A stretch of 63,904 bases of DNA, counting the filler, from Folioceros fuciformis (taxonomy: Eukaryota): NCBI GenBank assembly GCA_049999805.1. It is 6 parts of 6 records of this genome, joined end to end, with 100 filler letters (N's around TTAATTAATTAA, not from the genome) between each part and the next. Parts side by side here need not be neighbours in the genome. Positions count along the whole stretch, not along the records: positions 1 to 15,265 come from JBNGIO010004580.1; 5 more parts are not named here. The stretch is one strand, 5' to 3'. The stretch's first letter is position 1, and each line of letters begins with the position of its first letter. Below are positions 1-10,278 of the stretch, piece by piece. A program made the position numbers and the translations under genes. Below the pieces are notes generated by a model. It was not told the origin of the DNA and searched no databases. It saw only the letters and a program-made list of their open reading frames with translations.

Positions 1-1311
1 ATGCACAGTGTGTACCCCTCCATTCAATGAGCAGCAACTGGCACTTAAATACAAGACGAGGATGTTTCTTCGCTCTACCTTGCCCCGCAACACAGCCAGA
101 ATTGCAGTGGCAGAGCCCTTGGAGGTTGTTTGGCGATGCGCCCTCGACAGGACGACAGAGGGTTTTCCAGAGTCCTTCAGGTCCAGCGCAAAAGCTCTAC
201 AGTTTGCCATCAATTCCCTGGAATAAATTCCAGCATTCACTCCTGTCATAAGCAGCTCAGGTCAGTACACAAGTGCGACACGAGCCACATGTGCTACAGA
301 GAGTGGCTGCTCACGTGTATCAGAAACGGAGAGAAGGAAAATTTAGTACCCAACTCTGCCCAGCCACCGACACCATCGGCAACCCCAATCCAGTTAGTCT
401 CCGTGATGAAAAAAGCATCCTCTCCGCCAGTAGCTACCTGCATCGATTTACGATTCAGCCAACAACAGAAGAGGGGCAACCTGGCGTTCCACGACCCAAG
501 AACTCCCCATGCAACACGCATCCGGATGTCCAACAGTACACATCGTCGCATAAGACAGAAAGGACCTTGTCAGCCTTTGGCAACATGGCACTTGCAGACT
601 CAAGCTTGCAGCCCTCTTCATCCTTAGACACATCTCCAGGCCTGCAGTTCATGCAATCCCCTTCAGTAACGGACCAAGGACGTCATTAGACGCATGCACC
701 CAGAAGGTGGAACTGCCGTAGGTGGACCACTGACCCTTGCCTTGAACCTCCATCCGCAACCTGCCCATGCCCCTCAACTTCTTTCACGTCTGGAACCTTT
801 GAACCACCAGAGTGCTCCTCCAACCCAGCTCTGCTACCGACAGGTCCCGACTCAGGCCCTCTTGTCCCTACTTCCAAGTCGATATCTTCGGCCTGTCCAT
901 CCAAAAATGAAGTTGACGGTCGGCATCCGCAGTAACCAAATAGTGATGACTGCAGCACTGCCGGCATCCAGCCAAGACTAGGCAATCCAAATGAGGAGCA
1001 ACCGCTACCGCAAGAGTATGCAACGTCGAGTCCACCGTCTCAACCACACTGCAGCCATTAGAATTGTCTTGTGGATCCACGGAATCCGACCCCACCTTTC
1101 CTGAAGACCAATTTTCCACATTCTGGACACCCACTCGCTGCCCAGCATCCCCTGCACGACGATCTTGCACTCCCAATAGAGGTGTTCCATTCACCGCCTC
1201 CTGGGCCACAGCCTCTTCTGCACCGGTCTCAGCCCATAACGTGTTTTTGCCCTCTTTCTGCGAATACGAACTTTCAGAAACAACATCATCGCGGCTGCCA
1301 AACTTAAACAT
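1..1311 (-). CDS. PTC7-type PP2C protein phosphatase, multi-exon, 3' end outside window; 5' end uncertain (may extend to ~2030)
   Basis: Spliced minus-strand exons read ...CKLESASAMLPKADK / GGEDAFFITETNWIGVADGVGGWAELG / VNAGIYSRELMANCR...SKGSATAILAVLRGK, the GEDA-F and ADGVGGW motifs of PTC7-like PP2C. GT-AG junctions are visible. Confidence 0.85.
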
Positions 1312-1454
1312 AATACTTCCATCTGGACACACTGCAACAATCCAACTGCTGAGTGCTATTAGATATCCAGCAACACACTCGTGAAACGCAACTCTCCTCT
1401 CACGCGTGCGAAAGCCAAGATTCCCACACCCACCCACTCCCAGCTGCAAAAATC

Positions 1455-1514
1455 CCAGCCCAGCCCATCCAAGCCAAGCCAAGCCAAGCCAACACACCAA
1501 AACCAAACCAAACC
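1455..1514. repeat. (CCAAG/CCAAA)n pentanucleotide microsatellite
   Basis: cccagcccagcccatccaagccaagccaagccaagccaacacaccaaaaccaaaccaaacc. Confidence 0.7.
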
Positions 1515-2160
1515 GCCCACCAAACATCCCAGCATAGGACCCACAAAACATCCGCACTACCCACAACAGGAGCCTGTAAGAGGTCCGTCACAGGGTGCAC
1601 CTTTAGTGGAGAGCAGCACGACTCCAGAGTCCCCGCAAGCGCGCGCCAGGTTCACCGTCCGCTTGATCTTCCCGGTGGAGCTCCATCCCGGGCGCAGATG
1701 CCCAGGCGGCAGGCGCAACACATGCACACTCTGGCTCCCAGTGCGCACCAGAGTGGCGGCGTTGCAGCTGTATCCCCGCTGCTGCCTCCAGAGCCCAAAT
1801 TCGTGCTGACAGAGCCGGAGCGCCGCCACCCTGACCGCAGCCGCCATGGCCGCTTGCGGAAGCTCGCTCCCGCACCGCACCGACGTGTGCAGCAAAAGGC
1901 AAAAACCCGGCACGAAGAATCATCCGCTCGCAGCCTGGGAAGAAGACATGCTCCTGCTCCTGCTCCTGGCCTTGCGCTTGCTCTTGCTCCTGCTCCCGCT
2001 GCCTGTGGGCATAACGGCAGCCGAGTTTCCAACCGGGGAGCTGCCAGTTTGTGAGGGGAGCCACTGTTTCAGGTATCGTCACGTGCGCACACGTATCCAA
2101 CGTATTTGTGTCTCCACGGCTGGGTGTCTCGTTGCGTTTCTTTGAGACGAGGAGTGCTCG

Positions 2161-4610
2161 ATGCTTTCCGCCGGGATGTCGAGTGGCGCCGCGCCTGGGC
2201 TTTTCGGGCGATGGTGCTTCATTTGCGCGGACGGAAGCAGGAATGGGGAGAAGGCGCCTGTTCGGAGGGCCGAGGTGGACCTCAAGACGGAACGCCTCAG
2301 GAGATGGCTGCACGGGCTCGGCCACGATGACTGTGCCTTGAGCCTGGAGCGATGGCCGCGGAACAGCACGGCGCCCGGATACGGGATGGTGGCTGGCGTT
2401 GGGGGCGTGAGGCAGGGGGACGTTGTTGTGCGCGTGCCCGAGCAGGCTTTCATGTCAGAGCAGGTATGTAGCCACCTGGGAAGCTGTAGTAACCCGCATT
2501 GCGAATGTAGCCGGTAAGCAAGAACGCACATTGTGGATGTAACTGTGCGTTGCATTGCAGACAGCAGCGAAATGCCCGTACGTTGGGCCGCTGGCTGCCA
2601 AAGGTGGCCTCAACTCCTGGCAGTGTATGTGCTTGCACCTCTTGTGTGAGCGTGCTCGGGGTTCGCAGAGCCCCTGGTTCCCCTACATCAGTCTGCTGCC
2701 GAGCGAGCTGGAAATGGCTGGTGCTCACCCTATGCTGTGGCCGCAGGTGAGGGGATGTTGTGGCGAGCGTGGGAAATGTCTGTAGTATGCTTAGTGCATG
2801 TGTCTGATGCCTCTTGTGTTGCATCTTGGCAGAGGATGAGGGCAGAGTGGTTGGCTGGGTCACCAATGCAAGATACGATTGAACGGAGGTTGCTCAGATG
2901 CAGGTGAGTAGTGTTTTTTCAGTGCTGTGGCCTGCTACTGATTGTTTGGAGTGAACTTTTTCAACGAGTGGAAGGCTGGTAATGGAAAGCTTGTCTGTCG
3001 ACAGTGGATCTAGGCTCTGAGCATCATGGGCCCGAAGGTATTCCTTGATGCAAACTGGAGTAACCTCATGTTTGCAGTGCTCAGGGAAGATCATGCCTGC
3101 CTGCTGGCAGCTGGTGCTAGCGAGTTGCTCCCTGCGGGGCCAGGCAGTGGTGGCTTTGTCACGGAGGTGGCAGTGCGATGGGCTGCGGTCATACTACTCA
3201 GCAGAGCCTTTTCTCTTGATCTCTTTCAAGATGTATTTCCTTCTCACCCGTCTTTCACTGCATGTGCTTGCTCGATTCTGACGACGTAGGTGCTCTCCCA
3301 AGTAGTTGCAGCTCATTTTTGAGGGGCGGACGTGCAGGATTCACCGGAGTCAGTGGACTATGGTCCACAACTTGCCCTAGTTCCATGGGCTGACATGCTG
3401 AACCACAGCAGCGAAGCAGGGAAGGAATCATGTCTTGCGTTTGATAGGTCTTCAAAGACGGCTGTCCTGCGGGCTCACAAATCCTATGAACAAGGTGAAC
3501 AAGTCTACGATTCGTATGGGCCCAGCTTATCCGGGTCCCAGTTACTACTGGACTATGGGTTTGTTGACGATGAAAACGACAATCATTCAGTGGAATTTCA
3601 GGTATGCATCCTCTGGAGCTACGCGATATTCGTGTGCATTTTGATGGGCTGGACAGCTTCATCGAACCTAGATACGGCCATCTGGTGCCAAGAAACTAAC
3701 TTTGACGAAGCCACAGGCATCTGTTTTGGGCCCGATCAGGGACAAGTTGAATGCTGAGCTATTGGAAGCCATTGGCCTTCCAGCAGGTGAGTACATATTG
3801 GAATGTCAGCTTCCAGTGACGGCAGCTCTAGTACTCTGACGGCAAGTGTGGACGGGCCCTCACGTGCGGTTAGTCATGGAGTTGCAGATGGAGCAGTGTT
3901 TCTCGCCACTGATAGGGGTGTGGACAACTCAGTGATAGCCTGGACACGAGCGGCAATTGCATCCTCCAAGGAGCTCTCAGAGGCGGGGTGGAAAGAAGGA
4001 GCTAGTCAGAGTACATGGGGTTACATGGCAGCTTCCTCTGCAATGGCCAGGTTGTCGAGGCCTGTGAGCAGAGACAACGAAGCGGAAGTACGTCCTGTCC
4101 CTTCGTTGTGCGGTGCATCCCCTTTCGTTCAAGCTTCAACATCTGACAAACTGTCACATTCATTTCTGTCCTCATCAGGTCCTAAGGCGATTACTGTGCG
4201 CATGCGAGTCCCTCTCCCAACGGTACCCGACCACCCGGCAGCAAGATATCGCCAATCTGGCTGCCAGTGACTCCACCGGTCCCGGCGTGAGTTGTCTGTA
4301 CCTATATGACAAGGAAAATGAAAACAAAGGCGGATGTGTTCTTGTTTTTCCGGTGTTCTGGGTTCAGCAGAAATGCGCGTGTGTTGTTGCGAGGGCTGGG
4401 GACGTGACCAAGTAACAGGATGACGTGGATGGATGCGTCATGCAGGCAGCTCCTCTACCTTGGGCAAAGAAGCAAGCGATGAAGGCCATCATATCCGAGA
4501 AGCTGGCACTCCAAGGTGCCCAGGAAACCCTGTGGAACGTTCTCCAGAGACTACAGTCCGGAGACGCGCTCCACTCCATCTACCGTAGACGATATGCATC
4601 ACAGGGCTAG
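2161..4610 (+). CDS. SET-domain protein lysine methyltransferase, Rubisco LSMT/SETD3-like (multi-exon)
   Basis: Exons encode GYGMVA..VRQGDVVVRVPE, LLCERARGSQSPWFPYISLLP, WAAVILLSRAF, ALVPWADMLNHS and GEQVYDSYGP...LLLDYGFV, followed by an LSMT substrate-binding-like tail ending at TAG 4608-4610. Confidence 0.9.
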
Positions 4611-5573
4611 CAAGTCACGAGGCAGGCAGTGTGCATGCATTCATAGATTGGAGCTGGATTGCCATCAGTAGGCCAGCTAGGTAGGGAGTCCAAATCATTC
4701 CAGAGAGGATTCCAGTGAGGTACCATTCGACCATGCATACCAAGGGCACTGTAGAGGATTCCCATTGGACAAGTGTGCTGTGATTGTCGTAGCGTGATTG
4801 AATTCCATGAGCTACCAAAAGCCACTTGATGTGGTGAGCGAGGCAAGCCTTCTGTGGAGCCCGGAAGCATCATAGGACGTGTAACCCCGTCTTGGCGTGT
4901 GGGGCCAAGTCTCTCTGGAGGGTCAACGGAACGGTCAAGGTATTCCGTCCCGTTGGGATCGGCCTGCCCTAAACCCTCTTAAGAGGGGCGTTTGGTGTGG
5001 CGTTTGCGCATAAAAGGTGGTTTTAAATTTTAGGAAAGGGGGTAACACTTCTCGACAGCGCGCCTGACCTTCCCTGCTTTTCCTCCGTCCTTCCCTCCTC
5101 TGTCTTTCTCCTGTGTCTGCGGCGCACGTCCTGCTGCGGCAAGCAAGGGAGCACAGCGTCGAGCGGGTGCCTGCTTCCTGCTCCGGCGACGAGTAGTCCT
5201 GCTCCGGCTACGAGTAGTCGTCACGGTTTGCCTGCACCGCTCTCGCCTCCTTGTGCCGTGTCTGAAGCCTTGATTTGTTCTGCATTGTTCCCGCGCGAGG
5301 CTTGTCTTGGAGGTCGTGCCGGTGCAGCTATCTTGACAAGCGGGGAACGGGTGGTGGAAGCGTGTTCCGTTCCCTCTGTCTGTTGCTTTCTTGCTCGCTG
5401 GTGTGGCTTGTTTGTCTAGTTTGTGTGTGTCTGGTGTCGTGTGGATTGCCGCTAGTTGAAGGAACTTTTGTACGCAATGTGGAGGCATCCGGTAGAGCAG
5501 TAGGATCGGGATGTTGTTTGTGAGTGAGATTGCCGCTGAAGTTTAGTATGAAACGCTTGATTGCAGGAACAGA

Positions 5574-6197
5574 ATGGGGCGTGGTGTGAGCAGCGGGGGA
5601 GGACAGAGCTCGCTAGGGTATCTGTTTGGATCCGGGCCGGAGGACAAGCCTCCGCCGCCTCCCAGGCAGGCCGCGCCACCTAAGGATCCGCAAAATCTGG
5701 CACCTGCTGGTATCTCTAGTGTTGTGCATAAGGCGCCGGCGGTAGCGGCCGATGGCCCGGAGAAGGGAGCTCCCTTGGAAACTGGAGCTTCTACTCTCGG
5801 CAGGAACTCCAACAACTATCACCGTGCGGACGGCCAAAATGCCGGAAACTTCATTACGGTCAGCGTCTAACGTCCTTCTCGCCATCTCCTCTACTAAGTT
5901 GTTCCTTTTGGTTTGTCTGCATTTCCTCCTTTCGTTTATCAACTTGGCACTTGCATGGCCTTCTGCCGCTGACTCAATTGCTGGCTGAAGTCAGAGCACC
6001 CTGTCTGTGCCACAGCTGTTGATCGAGTTCTTGATGTGAAGCCCGTCATTTGCACCCGAATTCGTTGGCATGTGAAGCTCACATGAACCGCTTCCTCGTT
6101 CCCTGTATGGTTGCAGGACCGTCCTTCCACGAAAGTCCACGCTGCACCTGGTGGAGGCTCGTCCCTGGGCTATCTGTTTGGTGGAGGAAGCAACTAG
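5574..6197 (+). CDS. SPR1: SPIRAL1-like microtubule-associated protein (exons 5574-5858, 6117-6197)
   Basis: MGRGVSSGGGQSSLGYLFG...SNNYHRADGQNAGNFIT|DRPSTKVHAAPGGGSSLGYLFGG*; clean phase-0 GT-AG intron. Confidence 0.96.
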
Positions 6198-7270
6198 GTT
6201 GTAGGGAACTGCCTCATTAAGGACGAGGGCAAGGATTCCGTTGCACCGAGCTGCGAGGCTCGATTTGCTTCTTTCCTCCGTTTGATGAGTCAGTGGAGGG
6301 CCTCATCCTGCTTTGTCTCCCAGCGATGTGCATACGAGCAAGTACACCGGTGCCAGCCTGTTCGGGGCAAGCAGCTGCAGCAGTCACTGTGGGACGTCGG
6401 TTTTTGTAATACCTCCCCTAATTGCCTGGGAACAGAGTTTGTAGTCAGCAGTTAGGTAAGAAGTTTGCGTGTGCTGTGGTCTCCGTTCGGACGTCCCAAT
6501 GTGAGTTCAGGTTAATCCCCTCCCTAGTCGGAGGAACTGGTTACAGTTGTCTGCCTTTTGCTGCGACTTGCGTCTTGCGTAGGTTATAAATATACATCTA
6601 AGTTACACTTCGGTGACACGCATTAGAAACAGGTTGCATTAGGTTTGTATGTATGGGGTAAGCACATCGGCAAAGCATAGACGGGTTCCTTCATCAAAGC
6701 CCGCGGTGCCTGCAGTCCGCCCTTCATGGAAGGCCTGGCACAGTTCCCATTCAGGAATCGACCCGGTTCACTTACCTCTCTCTGGCAGGGCTCATTCCCT
6801 ATACATTACCTACTCTCCTTGAAACGAGTGAGCTCAACAATACACCTATGTACATACATTGTGTGTGATTTTCTTTCGCAGCCGGTCTATCCCTCACGAC
6901 TCTCAGTCATGTACTTGTAAATGTTCACAGCTCCTATCCCGTTGCAATGCGTCGCGATCAGCCTCAGCGGCACCTGCACTTGTGGGTGTCCACCAGGCCT
7001 ATGCTTAATTGCTCAGTCCGAACAGCAGTGGGAGTCGGTTGCTGATCAACAACGCTCTTGCATGACCACAGTAAATAATCTCATCAAAATCCTCATATCG
7101 AAGATGGACAACAATGGAACACCGAAATTAGTGGAGGAGGGTGGCAAAGCTATAGCCACTGCCAAACAACCAAGCACAAAAAATGGATGGAAAAGACACA
7201 GGAAAATTGCATTTTCTAGACATCTTCCTATTAGAGAGCTTCCTTCCCATTGTCCGTGAGAAGAGAAGCG

Positions 7271-7837
7271 ATGGCGGCCACCGCCCACTGGTGTCCGCTG
7301 GCCTCCTCCCCCGCGTTGTGGAGTGGGAACCACGGACAGTAGCAAGGCAGAAGTAGACTTCCCTCCCTTTCCTTCAGCTCCAACCACAACTCCAGCTACA
7401 AGAACGCAGCTCTGCCAGGGCGGCACAGGTTTCAGCTCCTGGCAACGAAGAATGTGGCATCTACCAAGCAGGGCAAGGCGGGGGCGGGGGTGGCGGCGGA
7501 CCCGCCCACACTCAAGGTTCCCCCGCCGGACTACGACAAAGACATGCCGAAACTGCCCAGAGACGAGCCCAACTTGTGGGAGGGGTCGAAATGGGACTGG
7601 CTGGGCTTCACCGTAGAGTACCTGTGGGCGTTTGGGATCGTGTTCGCGGTGAGTCTCTCCCCAGTCCAGTGCGTGCACCCCCGCTGCATCTGCCCTGACG
7701 TCCCCGGGGCCACGGACTTCAAGCAGACCCCAGTGTACAAGGAAGCTATGGAGGCCCAAGGAGGCTACCCAGACGACTTCGACTCCTCCCCAGGCTTCGC
7801 AGACAGCCCTGCACAGGCTCCTGCTCTCCAGGACTAG
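7271..7837 (+). pseudogene. Probable pseudogene of a conserved plastid-targeted single-TM plant protein
   Basis: Transit-peptide-like start with an in-frame TAG at 7340-7342. Core WEGSKWDWLGFTVEYLWAFGIVFA and GATDFKQTPVYKE are present, but the GTGAGT donor at 7649 has no convincing acceptor before GATDFK. Confidence 0.6.
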
Positions 7838-8544
7838 ACCGCTCTGCTGCACTTTCCATGAGGAACCAAGGGTGCGGTTGTGAGGGCCAGGATCTCCACG
7901 ATCTGATTAGTTCAGTGTGTAACAACACTCCTTTCTGGATCAGCAAGACATGGCATTCACACCTCGACACTCGAGAGCTTCGTACATATTTGCGACGAAC
8001 TTCCTGCTTTCTTCGGACAATGTAACGTGCTGTGAATCGGTGCGACAAGTTCTGCAAAGGTTTGCGACCTTGGACGGCCAGTTGCTCAGTAGTTAACCCC
8101 CATACAGAAGGAGGCCTCTCTGTCTGTATNNNNNNNNNNNNNNNNNNNNNNNNNNNNNNNNNNNNNNNNNNNNNNNNNNNNNNNNNNNNNNNNNNNNNNN
8201 NNNNNNNNNNNNNNNNNNNNNNNNNNNNNGGGCCGAGCCAGGCCACAGCAATACCTATTCCTTGCGGCGAATGCGGTAAGAGGGGCTAAAGACATCGTCT
8301 TACCTGCCAAAAATGTGTACCTTGTTTCTCCTGTATCTTCCTGAATCATGTCTAATACAATATTGTATATTTTTTCAGTATAATTTATTTTCTATCGTAG
8401 TCGTCCTCGCTCTCCACGTTCGATTGAGACAAAAGCAAAATAATTTGCACGTTCTGTTGACGAGTTCATATTATAAATCTCAATAATAATTTGGTTAGTT
8501 TTTCGTTAAATTTATTAAAACTATACAGCGATAATGTTTAGCGA

Positions 8545-8615
8545 GCGCAGCTGGTGTAGTGGTATCATAGTACCCTCCCACGGTACTGACCGGGGTTCGA
8601 TTCCCCGGCTGCGCA
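8545..8615 (+). tRNA. tRNA-Gly(CCC)
   Basis: 71-nt cloverleaf: acceptor GCGCAGC/GCTGCGC+A, D-arm TAGTGG, anticodon stem GTACC-CTCCCAC-GGTAC, T-arm CGGGG-TTCGATT-CCCCG. Confidence 0.97.
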
Positions 8616-8700
8616 CATTATCGACCCCTTCTAAGTGAAAGGGTTGACGGCCATCGGACAGATGTGGTAGGGCGACCCCGCTGGCGCCTGCACCTGACCA

Positions 8701-8714
8701 TTTTCTTCTTTTTT
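8701..8714 (+). terminator. Pol III oligo-T terminator for the tRNA-Gly transcript
   Basis: TTTTCTTCTTTTTT is the first T4+ run after the tRNA, 85 nt downstream. Confidence 0.6.
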
Positions 8715-8832
8715 ATGGCTCACCACTTCACCTTTCGAACTTTTCCTTTGGTTTTGTTTTCATGGATGAAGCTTTATGGCTAACAGNNNNNNNNNNCACT
8801 AGAGGCAACTCAAGGCCCCTCGGCAGTTAAGT

Positions 8833-8986
8833 GCTTGGGGTTTTGCCACCACAATAGCATCTACGAACTGGAAGCACCACAATAGCCACCACAATAGCAT
8901 CTACGAACTGGAAGCACCACTATAGCATCTACGCTTGGGGTTTTGCCACCACAATAGCATCTACGAACTGGAAGCACCACAATAGC
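8833..8986. repeat. Patchwork direct repeat (ccaccacaatagcatctacgaactggaagcaccac x3, gcttggggttttg x2)
   Basis: Directly visible duplications immediately left of the Copia LTR. Confidence 0.85.
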
Positions 8987-9216
8987 TGTTAAAATATAAT
9001 CCTGTTTAGGCATAAATACATTATATTAATTAAACCACCCGAAACGGTATGGCTGGTGGAACGGCATGGATGGTGGAACGTTGCACGTGACACCCATAGG
9101 CAGTTATTTAGTAAGGGCGGTGGTTGGTATATTGTAATTAATTAATTTGTAAGACATTTTTTTGCATGCAATAAAGCAACTACTTTGCACGCTACTCCTA
9201 GTCTCCATCTCTGACA
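8987..9216 (+). repeat. 5' LTR of Ty1/Copia element (230 bp, TG...CA)
   Basis: Starts TGTTA, ends TGACA, contains AATAAA, and is followed immediately by the PBS. Confidence 0.8.
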
Positions 9217-9230
9217 TGGTATCAGAGCCA
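9217..9230 (+). promoter_or_regulatory. Primer-binding site complementary to the 3' end of tRNA-iMet
   Basis: TGGTATCAGAGCCA directly after the LTR-terminal CA. Confidence 0.93.
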
Positions 9231-10278
9231 TGCAGATACGCCTAGAGGAGCTTTGGAATCATGCCGCGACGCAATGCTACTTCTAGGGGCAGACACGGAT
9301 GCAGATTTTTCAGGGAATCTCCCGCTGAAAGTCAACCATCTGGACACGCAGCGCACATCTCCGTTGAGGCTGCGTGCTCCCCTAGAAGGGCAGGCGCCCG
9401 GTGGCAAACCCTCCCCAATCCGCGTTGGTTTCTACCTACGCAACGCGGAGGCCCCTCCGACGCGCATCGCGCCCATGATTCCTATGCCCCCATGTGTCAC
9501 GCATGCTGCGCGATACAGGATTCCAAGACGCGCGAAGCACCTGCAAGGCACAAAGACAAACCTGACATCAATTCCCTAAAGGGGCTGAGGAAAATTCTCG
9601 ACAGATCACAGAATACCCTCAGCCGCGTGGAGAGATTGCTGTCTAGCTTATTGTCCTCCCAAGCCCCCTCTAGGATCATCGCCCAAGGCTGTGCCACAGG
9701 CTCTCAAGTTGGTCAACCCCCAATTGATGAAGCCAAGACAAGCACCCAGCAAATTGCAGAATTTCTGGGCCAAATCTTGGCCACTTCATCAAGATCAGAC
9801 AGCCTCCACTAGATCCTTCCGCTGCAAGGGAGTAGCAGCAATTGAGAGCACCAGATCTGAACCGGCGCGATGCATTCCGCGTTCCCTGCCAAGGCCTCAC
9901 TTGGTGCTCCCCCATTGGCCCACCTGGAACACCTCTTCATGTAGTTGGGACACGTCCGTTAGAAAAACCCTAATCACACGCTGGTTTTAGGGTTTGTAGC
10001 TACATAACCGACGCACCCCTACGTTGCAATTACCCCTGGCGAGACCTATAATTGGGCTCAGGATCCAGCAGCCACCACTGTTGATGGCCCCTGAACTCTG
10101 CGCCCAACTAGGTCTCGATGGAGACAACACGACGTGAGTAAGTGAGACAGGGACAGGCAGCAGTGAGACCCACCATCACGGCTGCATAGCTTAGGTGTTC
10201 ATGTTCACCGCTGCACAGCTTAATTCCCTCATTTGTGGTTTCCAGAACCTCACACTACACCCTAATCCACAATCAGCT

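Noticed and set aside
1353-2054. 233-aa plus-strand ORF between the PP2C and SET genes
   Set aside because: Built from microsatellite and GC-rich leader sequence; more likely the antisense of PP2C 5' exons or UTR.
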